Origin: an uncultured archaeon
GTDB lineage: Archaea > Thermoplasmatota > Thermoplasmata > Thermoplasmatales > Thermoplasmataceae
Length of the DNA: 64,000 nucleotides
Reading direction: 5' to 3'
Assembly: GCA_000965745.1 (NCBI GenBank)
Contig: CP009479.1
Span: 224,001-288,000 of the forward strand
The notes beneath the pieces are model-generated. The model worked only from the letters and a program-made list of their open reading frames with translations. It had not been told where the DNA came from and did no database searches. Position numbers and translations under genes: made by a program. This document shows, one piece after another, positions 40,338-50,007 of this stretch (positions are counted from its first letter, which is position 1; the number at the start of each line of letters is the position of its first letter).

Positions 40338-42341
40338 CTACCATATCTCGATCCTCTTTCCAGCCAAGGGCTTGCCAGTGCTGCTGATATCCGAAAATGC
40401 CTTCTCGAAACCCGGGTGGCAGTAGACGGGAAGAGTTGCCCTGAACCTGTTGGGCGCGTGGGGATCTATTGTTGCGAGAAGCTTCACCATAGGTTCAAGT
40501 ATGTTCTGCCTCCAGATCTGCCCGTACGAGATGTAGAATCTCTGCTCGGGAGTGAATCCGTCTATGTCCTTCCTCAGCTCCGGCTCCTTTCTGAGTCGCC
40601 TCTGAAGCGCCTCATACGCTATGCTCACTCCCCCGAAATCGGCTATGTTTTCACCCAGTGTCAGCTCACCGTTCACATGCAGGCCGGGGAGAACTTCCAT
40701 GGAGCTGTACAGTTCTACAACATCCTCTGCCTTTGACATGAAGTTCTCTTCGTCTTCTGCCGTCCACCAGTCCTTTATATTCCCGTCTTCATCGTATCTT
40801 CTTCCCTGGTCGTCATAGCCATGGGTTATCTCGTGTGAAATGACTGCTCCAATGGCCCCGTAATTCACTGCAACGTCAACTGCTGTATCGAAGAAAGGAG
40901 GCTGCAGTATCCCCGCCGGGAACACGATCTCATTGTCAGGTGGAGAGAAGTATGCGTTCACGGTTGACGGGGTCATGAACCATTCGTCTTTTTCCACAGG
41001 GAGCCCTGCCCTCCTGATATGCCTCCGCACCTCAAAGGAAGCGGACCTGCAGACGTTCCCGAAGTAATCATCTTTCTTCACAACAACCGATGAGTAGTCC
41101 CTGAATTTGTCAGGGTGCCCAATCTTTGCCCTGAACTTCTCAAATTTTGCCATTGCACGCTGTTTTGTTTCATCGGTCATCCAGTCCAGGCCCTTCAGCC
41201 TGTCCACGAAGACTTCCTGAATATCCCTGACCATAAGGGACATCCTTTCTCTCGCCTCATTGTCGAAGTACTTGCGGACATAAAGTTCGCCCATGGCTTC
41301 ACCCACATGCTGATCGATAACCCTCACCGAACGCTTCCATCTCGGCTCCTGCTCCTTCTGCCCCATTATTGACTTCCCGAACATCTCGAAATGTTCTTCC
41401 TGCATGCCTGAGAACAGGTAGTCTGCTGATGCGTTGAGCACATTCCATTTCAGGTATGCTTTCAATTGTTCTATGGGAAGGCCGGGAAGGTATGATTCAA
41501 GAAACTCGAGAAACTCAGGCTGCCCTACAATTACGTAATCAAGCTCAGGAAGCTCCAGGGATTCGAAATACTTTTTCAGGCCGACTTTTGCAAACCTTTT
41601 CTCAAGTTCTGACACTGCCACCCTGTTGTAATTCTTCTCAGCGTCACGGAGTTCCGTCCTGTTCCTGCTCGCCTTTGCCAGGCTTGTTTCAATATCCATG
41701 ACTGAGGCTGCTGACCTGCCAGCATCTTCCTCACTCAAGCCGTAAATGGAAAACACCTTTTTCACGTGATCGGCATATTTCCTCCTTATATCCTCGAATT
41801 TCTCTGAGAGATAGTAGTCCCTGTCAGGAAGTGTGATACCACCCTGATCCAGGTAGAGGCCGTAGATGGAACTGTTCTTTTCGTCAGTTTTTGAGGATAT
41901 GTCAAAAAGCGGGAAAATGCCGTTCAAATGCAGGTTCACAACATTCTCCATGAATTCCCCGAAAGATCCAGTCCTGTCGAAGGAATCCATGAAATCCGAT
42001 ATTGGCCTGAACCGCAATTTTTCCAGAGTCTCGGTATCCATGGCGGAGGCGTAGAAGTCTCCCAGCATGGATTCCACCTTTCCCGTGGCATTTCCCCCGG
42101 ATTGAGTGCATGATTCAAGAATTTCCTTCAGTTTCTGGTTGTTTGATTCGTTCAATTCCGAAAACGAGTTCCAGCTTGACTTGTCCGGAGGAACCTGGTT
42201 CTCTCTTATCCATTTTCCTGAAGAATAAGTGAAGAAGTCCTGCATAGGATCCACCGAAAGGTCCATGTGTTTTATGGAAAACCCCTGGGATTCAATGCCT
42301 CCTCCACTCTGCTCTTTATCACTGCCGTCCGTTTTCTCCAT
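40338..42341 (-). CDS. M13-family metalloendopeptidase (PepO-like)
   Basis: VNAYF, HEITHGYD, GENIAD, DPHAP. Confidence 0.95.
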   Translation of the reverse strand: MEKTDGSDKEQSGGGIESQGFSIKHMDLSVDPMQDFFTYSSGKWIRENQVPPDKSSWNSFSELNESNNQKLKEILESCTQSGGNATGKVESMLGDFYASAMDTETLEKLRFRPISDFMDSFDRTGSFGEFMENVVNLHLNGIFPLFDISSKTDEKNSSIYGLYLDQGGITLPDRDYYLSEKFEDIRRKYADHVKKVFSIYGLSEEDAGRSAASVMDIETSLAKASRNRTELRDAEKNYNRVAVSELEKRFAKVGLKKYFESLELPELDYVIVGQPEFLEFLESYLPGLPIEQLKAYLKWNVLNASADYLFSGMQEEHFEMFGKSIMGQKEQEPRWKRSVRVIDQHVGEAMGELYVRKYFDNEARERMSLMVRDIQEVFVDRLKGLDWMTDETKQRAMAKFEKFRAKIGHPDKFRDYSSVVVKKDDYFGNVCRSASFEVRRHIRRAGLPVEKDEWFMTPSTVNAYFSPPDNEIVFPAGILQPPFFDTAVDVAVNYGAIGAVISHEITHGYDDQGRRYDEDGNIKDWWTAEDEENFMSKAEDVVELYSSMEVLPGLHVNGELTLGENIADFGGVSIAYEALQRRLRKEPELRKDIDGFTPEQRFYISYGQIWRQNILEPMVKLLATIDPHAPNRFRATLPVYCHPGFEKAFSDISSTGKPLAGKRIEIW

Positions 42342-43045
42342 TGAACTCACAACTCTGAATGTATGGACGGATGTTAGATAAAAGTTGGTTCCGGAATAAG
42401 CGGGTAAAGCTTCCGGTCGTTCCAATTGTAATTTGGCTCCAGATCTGGAGTGTAATACACAAGGATCCGATGCAGAGTAGCTAAACCTAAAATTAATAAC
42501 ATGTTTCTGCTGGCAAATAGAGCGTGCTTGAAATATAGAATCAGAGAAGCTTCAAAGGAAGAACTGCAGGAGGGAGTATCTCCGTCCTGCTTTCGTATTG
42601 TGCGATCATAAACTCAAGCAGGATTATTACTTCCTCAAGCGAAACATATCGACAGCCGTGAGGAGAAGAGGGGGGAGGCATGCCGTCCCCGCTTCCTGCA
42701 CCTTCATTCCCGCATTATGCGGCCTTTTCCTTCCTGGAATGGGTGGCGTGGGCCTCTTGCCTGCTGGAGTTGGTTCAGGATTCGATGGCATTTATCTCGC
42801 AACAAACTTGCTCTGGCCTGGAATGCCTGTCCTGTCTGTGCTGTTCCATGGATTTGCAGCGATCAGGGCAAACAGCCACTTCTGTCCGCAGTCCTCACTG
42901 GCAGGAAGGTGACAGGAGACTGGGTGGAAAAGTCAATGCCATATCTACCGGAAAGGAATTACAGAATATGACGGAAACCATCCATTTCCCTTCGTGTTAC
43001 ATTCGTTGTTGCGGTGCTTCATGAGACAGATTTTCCAGCCTTGAA

Positions 43046-44455
43046 TCACGAACTCCTGACAAGAGATGTGAAAACCCCAGCAAGGCTCAGTATTCCGGAA
43101 AGGAGCATCACGGTCCTGAGTCCGGTCATGAAGCCTGTAACGTCCACCGCCGACAGGTTTGAGTTTATTCCTGAGAAGAGTTCCAGAAGCATGGTTCTGG
43201 GCATGGCTTCCGCCAGCAGAGTGCTCATCACTGCCAGGCTCATCAGTTGACCTACGAACCTCATGGTGCCGAGAGTGCCTGAAGCTGTGCCTGAATATTT
43301 GCGATCCACCGAACCCATGACTGAATTGGTGTTTGGTGCTGAAAAAAGGCCGAAGCCTACACCTATTACGCCAAGTGGCCAGATCATCCCTGTAGGGGTG
43401 ATTCTACCTATGTCGAAGTATATCCCGAAAAATGCAGCGGAAATAATCAGCATCCCCATGGAGGACAGGGCCCGTGATCCAAAGCGGTCCGACAATCTTC
43501 CGCTTATTGGTGAAAAAATGACCATTAGAATGGGTTCCACGGTAAGTATGAGTCCCGATTCCGAAGGCGACAGGCCTGCTATAACCGAGAAATAAATTGA
43601 GAAAACAAAAACTATAGCAAATGTGCTTATGTAATTGAGGAAAGCCGTGAAGTTTGCTGCAGAGAACGTCCTGTTCCTTGTAAACAGCCTCATGTCAAGT
43701 ATCGGTTCCTCTTTCCTTCTTTCAAAGAGAACGAAAAGCACAAGTACAAGAAGGCCGAATCCCAGGAGATAAATCGTTGCTGTGAACCCGTAAACTTCGC
43801 TAAAACTCAGGTAAAGGACTATTGAAAGTATGGCTATAAGAAAAAGGGCGAAACCAAGGTAGTCTATGCTCCTAGCCGCAGTAGGAACATCAACTTTCCT
43901 GAGGAACGCATAAACCGGGATGAGTGAGAGAAAAGCAAAGGCTGCGACTACGTAGAAGAGGGATTGCCAGCCGAGAAACTCGACAAGAACCCCGGCGAGT
44001 ATTGGTCCGGTAGTGAGCCCGAGATATACTGACATGGCATTGATTCCCAGTGCACCTCCTCTTGCATCCGGAGGATACACTGAACTGACAATGGCAGTTC
44101 CGTTTACCGATAGAAGAGAGCCGCCAACGCCCATAACGAGTGTGGAAAATATGAGGAAATACACTGAGTTGGAAAATATTGACAATACTCCTCCTGCTCC
44201 AAAGACAAGGAAACCGAGCATGTAGAATCTTGGCCTGCCAAATATGTCTGAAAGCTTGCCGAAGAGTATCATGAGGGAAGGGAGTGCTATGAGGTACGCC
44301 ATTGGCACCCAGACCATAAGAGTGAATGAAGCCTTGAGAAAATGTCCGATCTCCGGAACAGAGAATGAAATAACACTACTGGTGAAAGGTGGTATGAAGG
44401 CACCAAGAGAAGTTGCAAATAGAACCTTGGGGTTCGAATACCTGCTCATCAGCAT
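43046..44455 (-). CDS. MFS drug:H+ antiporter (DHA2-like)
   Basis: About fourteen TM segments, GKLSDIFGR, GRLSDRFGSR. Confidence 0.9.
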   Translation of the reverse strand: MLMSRYSNPKVLFATSLGAFIPPFTSSVISFSVPEIGHFLKASFTLMVWVPMAYLIALPSLMILFGKLSDIFGRPRFYMLGFLVFGAGGVLSIFSNSVYFLIFSTLVMGVGGSLLSVNGTAIVSSVYPPDARGGALGINAMSVYLGLTTGPILAGVLVEFLGWQSLFYVVAAFAFLSLIPVYAFLRKVDVPTAARSIDYLGFALFLIAILSIVLYLSFSEVYGFTATIYLLGFGLLVLVLFVLFERRKEEPILDMRLFTRNRTFSAANFTAFLNYISTFAIVFVFSIYFSVIAGLSPSESGLILTVEPILMVIFSPISGRLSDRFGSRALSSMGMLIISAAFFGIYFDIGRITPTGMIWPLGVIGVGFGLFSAPNTNSVMGSVDRKYSGTASGTLGTMRFVGQLMSLAVMSTLLAEAMPRTMLLELFSGINSNLSAVDVTGFMTGLRTVMLLSGILSLAGVFTSLVRSS

Positions 44456-45142
44456 TTTTCCGTGATTTTACGGATCTGCTGTACAGATTATAACGTTTTT
44501 TATTACACCGAAACAAAAGGGCAACGCCCTTGATACATTTCCACTGACCAGCCTGTTCCCTTTAATCGATGCCTATTTTCCTCACGTTTTGGTCATAGAT
44601 ATGAAGAGATTTTCTATTATCGACATTTCTCTTGCGAATTGTATCCAGAAGATTCAATTGAAATACAAAAACTGTCGTGAAAAACACTCAACTTCTGAAG
44701 GTTTCTGGATTGTAAACTTCAAAAGAGTGCCGAATTCCAAGGCAATGACTCGCTTCACCATCATTTGTTCCTAAACAAGAGGCAAATGCTCAAAACCAAC
44801 AAAATAAAACCAGTAATGATGAGGGGTATCAGGATTTCATAAGTTGGATATACAGGGCATGCATACCATGTAGAAAGGTTTTATCGAGTGTAGGTCCATC
44901 CAAAATACACGCTGTTGGAGTATTAATTTCTGACCTCCTATTAAGGCTGACCCTATCGAAGCCAGGATGGTTCCAATATGTGTCCTTTGAAAGCTCATAA
45001 CAATATTTTCTTCTTTGTTATAACTAGACTGCCCATATTTTGTTCTATCTGCAGATTGAAGTGTCCGCTTCATAAGGAGCAAACTGGACGAATTCGCCGG
45101 AAGCAACGATGCACAATTGATAGTAGAGCCAAAAAAAAGCTA

Positions 45143-45233
45143 AGAGAGCCAATAGAGGGTTTTGAACCCCCGACCTGCTGATTACGAATTACATCAAATG
45201 CTTCCTTTGGCAAGTGCAAATAAGACTTGATGA
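45143..45233 (-). repeat. Unit A: tRNA-Thr 3' half plus shared non-tRNA flank
   Basis: 45143-45185 matches 49841-49883 at 38/43 nt, ending in the anticodon loop; followed by ATGCTTCCTTTGGCAAGTGCAAATAAGAC. Confidence 0.9.
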
Positions 45234-45464
45234 TGGGCGACCCCGCTACGCGGATGGAGGTAAGTACTCTGAAATGATGTGTCGACCTTTTTTCATTTGC
45301 ACCGATAGTGAACCAACCTAAATTGTTAGGCTGAAGATATAACTCGGTCAGCTTATTGATATAAATAGTGATTTCGCAAACCTTAGCTCAAGTCCCTATC
45401 GCGATCTCTTATCGGATCAAGGGATGCGATGCGCCTGGAAGGTTTGCAGAAAGGAGTGGTTAAA

Positions 45465-45851
45465 ATGCGGATTGCAAAGGAAGATGTTGACGTTAGGATG
45501 GAAATTCCCGGAGTTGTAGTAAGGCAGAAGAAAGAGTTTGGAGATGTTAGTGACTACCATAAGATCAGCGGTGAGTATTTCACTCTTGCAGCAGGAGTAG
45601 ATACTACTGAACTTTTTCAAGGGTTGGAAGGAAACCTTTGCCAAAGCCCTCATTGGGGATTTGTGTTACGCGGTAAAATTACTACTACAGACTCGTCCGG
45701 CGAAAAAGAGACAGTCCATGAGAATGACCTTTTTTACTGGCCTCCGGGACATAACGTAAAGGTCGATGATGATGCTGAGATAATCATGTTTAGTCCTCAG
45801 GATGAGCACAGCGAGGTCATAGAACACATGATCGCAAAGACCACACGTTAG
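45465..45851 (+). CDS. Cupin-domain protein
   Basis: CQSPHWGFVLRG and FYWPPGH motifs; GGAGTGG SD. Confidence 0.85.
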   Translation: MRIAKEDVDVRMEIPGVVVRQKKEFGDVSDYHKISGEYFTLAAGVDTTELFQGLEGNLCQSPHWGFVLRGKITTTDSSGEKETVHENDLFYWPPGHNVKVDDDAEIIMFSPQDEHSEVIEHMIAKTTR

Positions 45852-46115
45852 GTCTCTGTGTAAATTATCAAAATAAGAGTTATGATCTTCCCATCCATTC
45901 AGGGCATGGCCTGAGAAATTGAAGTGTGTCAGGACTATCCTCTGGTATGGGTGGATGAAATTCCATTCAATGTTCCATATTGCTGAGCTTATGCACTGTT
46001 ACTAATACATCGGTGGGCAGAAGTCGACTCGTCATGTTTATGAAAAGCACTTGAAATTCTGCAACATCCAAGAAGTTTACTTCGGAAACAGTTCATAAGT
46101 CCAATATGCCCAAAA

Positions 46116-46204
46116 AGAGGCCACTGTAGGGGTTTGAACCACAACATGCCTATTACCAGCTAAATCTGGATGCTTCATTTGACAAGTGTAATTGCAGACG
46201 ATGA
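46116..46204 (-). repeat. Unit B: more degenerate tRNA-Thr 3' half plus the same flank
   Basis: GCCACTGTAGGGGTTTGAACC...ATTAC, then ATGCTTCATTTGACAAGTGTAATTGCAGAC, colinear with unit A. Confidence 0.8.
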
Positions 46205-46291
46205 GATGCATAATTTCCCGTAAGATTATGTTAGATATTCACACCTGATTATACTCATTAGTTCTGTTGCCACTCCACAACAAGCAGGATG

Positions 46292-47097
46292 TCAAAAATT
46301 GTAAATTAACCGCACGCCAGTTTCAATTATTTTGTAACCAAGATTTTGACAAAGACTTATTGCAGCTTTATTTTCAGAGTCAACAAAAAGTGTAACAATT
46401 TTAGCATGGGATAGTGCAAGGTCGGTGAATTCCGAAACAATCTCTCTCGAATAGCCCCTTCTCCTATAATTGGGTAATGTTTCTACACCTGAAATGATCC
46501 AATTATGAGTTGCACGAGCATGAATTTGACCAACAGAGGCAAGTTCTCCATTATCTGCAAATATTCCGAATACAATTTCCTTTTCCAGGAAATCACCGGC
46601 TATTCTGATTTTCTCTGCTGTGACATTTCCATTTTCTTGATTTTGGAATGCTGCGTAGTCCAAAGCGTTCTTCCTGCTCAATCTCACTGCTCTTTTTGAA
46701 TTTGCTATACCTACTCGATTGTCAGAGAAGGCCATTATTAGTTCAGTTTCCACTTCGCACTTTTGAAGATACGATTTCAGAATGTCCGAATTCAATTAAT
46801 CGGTAGTTATAATTGAATGTTTCTTTGGAATCAGCTTTACATGAGATGGAATTGCAATTTTGTCGGAATGAGTATAGACCCAAAACAAGTTGTCTTCGAT
46901 TGCGTCAAACATAAAGAGGTATCCAATTACTTTCTCATCTTTATAAGAAACGTAGAGGTGTGCTCTCTCGTTGAAATCATCCTTGCAAAAATACAGCGTA
47001 TATGTACCTTTAACCGGGTCGTTCGTTATGATATAGCCTTCCAAGTCTTTTGACACATGTCTGACCTCCGTTGTAGTTACGCTGCATGCATCAACCA
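46292..47097 (-). pseudogene. GNAT acetyltransferase split by an in-frame TAA
   Basis: VETLPNYRRRGYS and NKAAI..C..LGY motifs; the two ORFs abut in one frame across TAA at 46796-46798. Confidence 0.75.
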
Positions 47098-47344
47098 TAC
47101 ATTCACGATCAATGAAAGCATTCAAGATGGAAATATCTTCTTGCAATGAGAAGGCGATAATTCTATGAGATCTATGCAAAGCACCATTCATGCCCCTTAA
47201 GCCATGATTTCTCATCTTCTCCACCACCTTTCTTGGCAGTGTTATTAGAAAAGAAGTTCCCCTTTTTGAAACGTGAGAAACGTCAATAAGTTCCTTTTCT
47301 GATATAGTTGGTAATATTACAATAAAATAAAGAAGTTTCAGGAA

Positions 47345-48133
47345 TTAGTAGGCTTGTACAAGCGAAAGGCTTGAGAGGGATTTGACAACCAAGCTTCTGT
47401 CATTATCACCATTATTATTTGAAGACTCATTTTCTCTGTATTCTCCATATAGTGCTATGAATTTTTCATCACATGTATAGAAATTTATCTCTGAATACAT
47501 GTCTTCTTTGGAGCCCAGAGCCAATATCACTATGAGCTCTGAGAGTATCTCTTTGTCTTTTCCGTGTCCATTCTCGTTAAAAAATTTTGAAATTGAACCA
47601 CCCTCAATCGCTTTTCTCAGCTTAGTTGAATCTTCAAGCTTTGCCTTAGAATCAATAGTGGGAAATAGAGCAGTTATCCTAATCATTATGCTGTGATTAT
47701 TGTCGCTAGCTAGATGTAATAAGTCCTCCTGAATTTCATCGAAGGACATACCCATAAGTGTGTTGCTAATGCTGTTAAAAGCAGACAAAACAAACTCTAC
47801 TCTATTTTTCTTTATGATTTCTCTGTCTTCTGCTAGCATTTTCTCGATATCTACCAATGCCTTGGCCTTTCCTCTGATATCAAGTGCGTCCCAACCTCTA
47901 TTAGATCTTTCAAGATGCTTAAGATGGTCTCTTACCTTTGCTGATAAAAGTGCAAATGCTTCAGCGAGAATCTCTTCGATTTCTACCAACACTCTGCGAC
48001 TCAACTTGATTTGTCGACTCTTAAAATCAGAAATGAACTCCAAAGCTTTCTTGTGTCTCTTCCTGTTCAGATAAACTGCGTCAAATGCTATGTTTGTATC
48101 TATGAATTTTCCGTCTGTTATTAGGACCCCCCC
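47345..48133 (-). CDS. PIN-domain protein with a long helical insertion (start unresolved)
   Basis: The open frame upstream of the tracked start gives KFIDTNIAF; also VLVEIEE, DKEILSE and FYTCDEKF, i.e. four candidate PIN acidic positions. Confidence 0.7.
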   Translation of the reverse strand, partial: GGVLITDGKFIDTNIAFDAVYLNRKRHKKALEFISDFKSRQIKLSRRVLVEIEEILAEAFALLSAKVRDHLKHLERSNRGWDALDIRGKAKALVDIEKMLAEDREIIKKNRVEFVLSAFNSISNTLMGMSFDEIQEDLLHLASDNNHSIMIRITALFPTIDSKAKLEDSTKLRKAIEGGSISKFFNENGHGKDKEILSELIVILALGSKEDMYSEINFYTCDEKFIALYGEYRENESSNNNGDNDRSLVVKSLSSLSLVQAY

Positions 48134-48847
48134 TCAATCAGGTATTGGCGGAATCTCTTTCAACCTTTCAACAAACTCTTTTCTTCCTTTAGAAAATTTC
48201 TCGGTTTCCCCTAATGACATTAATCTTAGCTCTGCAAACCGTCTTATCATAATTAGTTCATCCAGCTCATCCTTAACATAGGCGTAGATGATTACCTGAT
48301 AAATGAAAGATGCAAAAGAAAGAATTACTTTTTCTTCGACGCTCAGTTTGTTTGTTTTTGACAGAGCAAATGCTATGCTTCTCAAAAGATTTGTATACAG
48401 ATCGTAGTATGAAAGGAATAGTGCATCGTTAGTGTTCCAGGTTTCCTTCTCTTTAATATCTTTTAGGACCTCCGGTCTAAGCTTTTCGAGATTGGAAATT
48501 GATTCAATCACATAGTCTCTCCAAAGTTCGTTCTTTTCCTTTTCCGACATATCCTGCAGAAACTGATCCACATAATCGAATCTGTCATCTAATTCTTTTA
48601 TCTTCTCTTCATAATCATCAAGAATGGATTCGTTAGGTTCCTCAAATGATACTTCTGTTCTCATCAATTCAAGCATTATGCCAGCCAAGTTTTCATAGAC
48701 TGTTGTGCTCTTTTTAACGTAGTCTCTAATCAAGTCTTTGACGACTTTCCTCGCAATGTGGTCCCTCTTCATTTTCCTTTCAATTGAGTTTAGAGGCTTT
48801 GGGACTATTAAGCTTCTAAAATACTCATTATTACTAAGGACGGACAT
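48134..48847 (-). CDS. Hypothetical helical protein, partner of the PIN gene
   Basis: Charged helical ORF, likely ATG at 48847; its stop codon abuts the PIN frame. Confidence 0.7.
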   Translation of the reverse strand: MSVLSNNEYFRSLIVPKPLNSIERKMKRDHIARKVVKDLIRDYVKKSTTVYENLAGIMLELMRTEVSFEEPNESILDDYEEKIKELDDRFDYVDQFLQDMSEKEKNELWRDYVIESISNLEKLRPEVLKDIKEKETWNTNDALFLSYYDLYTNLLRSIAFALSKTNKLSVEEKVILSFASFIYQVIIYAYVKDELDELIMIRRFAELRLMSLGETEKFSKGRKEFVERLKEIPPIPD

Positions 48848-48905
48848 TCCTACTACATGCATATTAATCGATCTATTTACTTTAACCTTTTCACATAATG
48901 TTATC

Positions 48906-49599
48906 ATGCGAAACCTAAGAACTCCTTTGTGGCAATACAAGATAACCATTTTCTTCGTCTTAACTTATTGGGTCCTTGACCCTATTTTATACCTTCATTT
49001 TGGGAATGCTGACATATCCGGGGCTTCAAATGAGAACAAACGGCTTGTATTCTTTGCTGGGCCCTTCAGTTTCTCATAGGATTTTAATGCAGGAACTCCT
49101 TTTTTCGAGGCTCTAAAGGATGCTATTCTAAGTGGCAATTTCTGGATACCTTTGGCAGTTATACTCGCCGCTGAATTGATAGTACCTCATGGTTTCAAAA
49201 TTGGTTACCTAAAGTTTTCAATGGGAACTTCATATTTGTACGCCGTCATTTCGTCTTACCTTGTGTCTGCTTCCTACTGGCATTATTATTATAAGCATAC
49301 ACCTTCTCCCGGGACTTCCATCATAGCGTTTTCATTGGTTATTGTGTACTGGTTTTTTTCCATGTTACTGTTTACAACAAGGATCAGAACTGGTAGAACA
49401 CTGCAAGAATTCTTGAAAATTCTTAGGAGGTGTATTGTTATCTTTTTCAGGAATTTATATTGCATTCTTTGGATATATTTCTGGTAACGGAGCCGCCGTG
49501 CTTCATCTTCTTGGTTTTCTTTTCTTTGTTGTAATTACAGCATTTGCATCCCAGCTCTTAAAAATAAGAGGCCCAGATTTAGCAAAAAGGAAAAACTGA
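48906..49599 (+). pseudogene. Rhomboid-like membrane protein, disrupted
   Basis: In-frame TAG at 49077-49079 and a frameshift near 49420; PGTSII and HLLG segments at TM starts. Confidence 0.5.
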
Positions 49600-49844
49600 C
49601 ACGTTAAACGCATAATTGATTGTATCAAACTGCGAGATGCCCTTCTGAGTTCATAAGAAGCGATCCTATGCCATCTGGACACCTGAGTTGGTAGTTTGCC
49701 ATGTGGATTATCCAGAAGTGAGATGAGGGGAAAACTGACATCAAATTGTTTTTCAAAGCTACAAAAAGGTGAGAAGCTCCTGATTCCTCTTCTGTATTTA
49801 AATGACCACAGATATGATCCAATTAATTACATGAGTTAATAGAG

Positions 49845-49917
49845 AGCCACTGGAGGGTTTCGATCCCCCGGCCTGCTGATTACAAGTCAGCTGCTCTGCC
49901 AGCTGAGCTACAGTGGC
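49845..49917 (-). tRNA. tRNA-Thr(UGU)
   Basis: GCCACTG/CAGTGGC acceptor, GCTGA-CTTGTAA-TCAGC anticodon arm, U73; T loop ATCGAAA. Confidence 0.95.
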
Positions 49918-50007
49918 TGGTTGCCCTGTGGGCAAATAGGGTTAATCCCCTACTCAATTAAAATTTTCCCATAGTCACCGATTTTTTAAAGAAAGAGATG
50001 AGGGGCG

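Larger units (their letters stand above)
45143..49844. mobile_element. tRNA-Thr-anchored genomic islet(s), no integrase
   Basis: Bounded by tRNA-Thr and a direct repeat of its 3' half, with an internal second repeat; visibly AT-richer than the flanking core genes; contains pseudogenes. Confidence 0.75.

Noticed and set aside
42598-43024. Overlapping Cys/Trp-rich short ORFs as a possible peptide toxin
   Set aside because: Three overlapping frames with no clear start signal or processing genes; more likely a decayed membrane-protein fragment.
45143-45190. Split-tRNA 3' half or tRNA-Thr(CGU) gene (reads TTCGTAA at the anticodon)
   Set aside because: No 5' half or complementary leader is visible; homology ends in the anticodon loop as expected for an att junction, and a second decayed copy exists.
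45143-47249. CRISPR array
   Set aside because: The repeats are ~90 nt, degenerate, ~1 kb apart and tRNA-derived; there are no cas genes.
1575-49079. Amber read-through (pyrrolysine) at the in-frame TAGs in AbiEi (1575) and the rhomboid-like gene (49077)
   Set aside because: Both genes also carry frameshifts, the GNAT is broken by TAA, ordinary genes here end in TAG, and no pyl genes are in the window.
49600-49844. Integrase fragment next to tRNA-Thr
   Set aside because: No tyrosine-recombinase R...HxxR...Y motif was recognisable in the frames read by eye.
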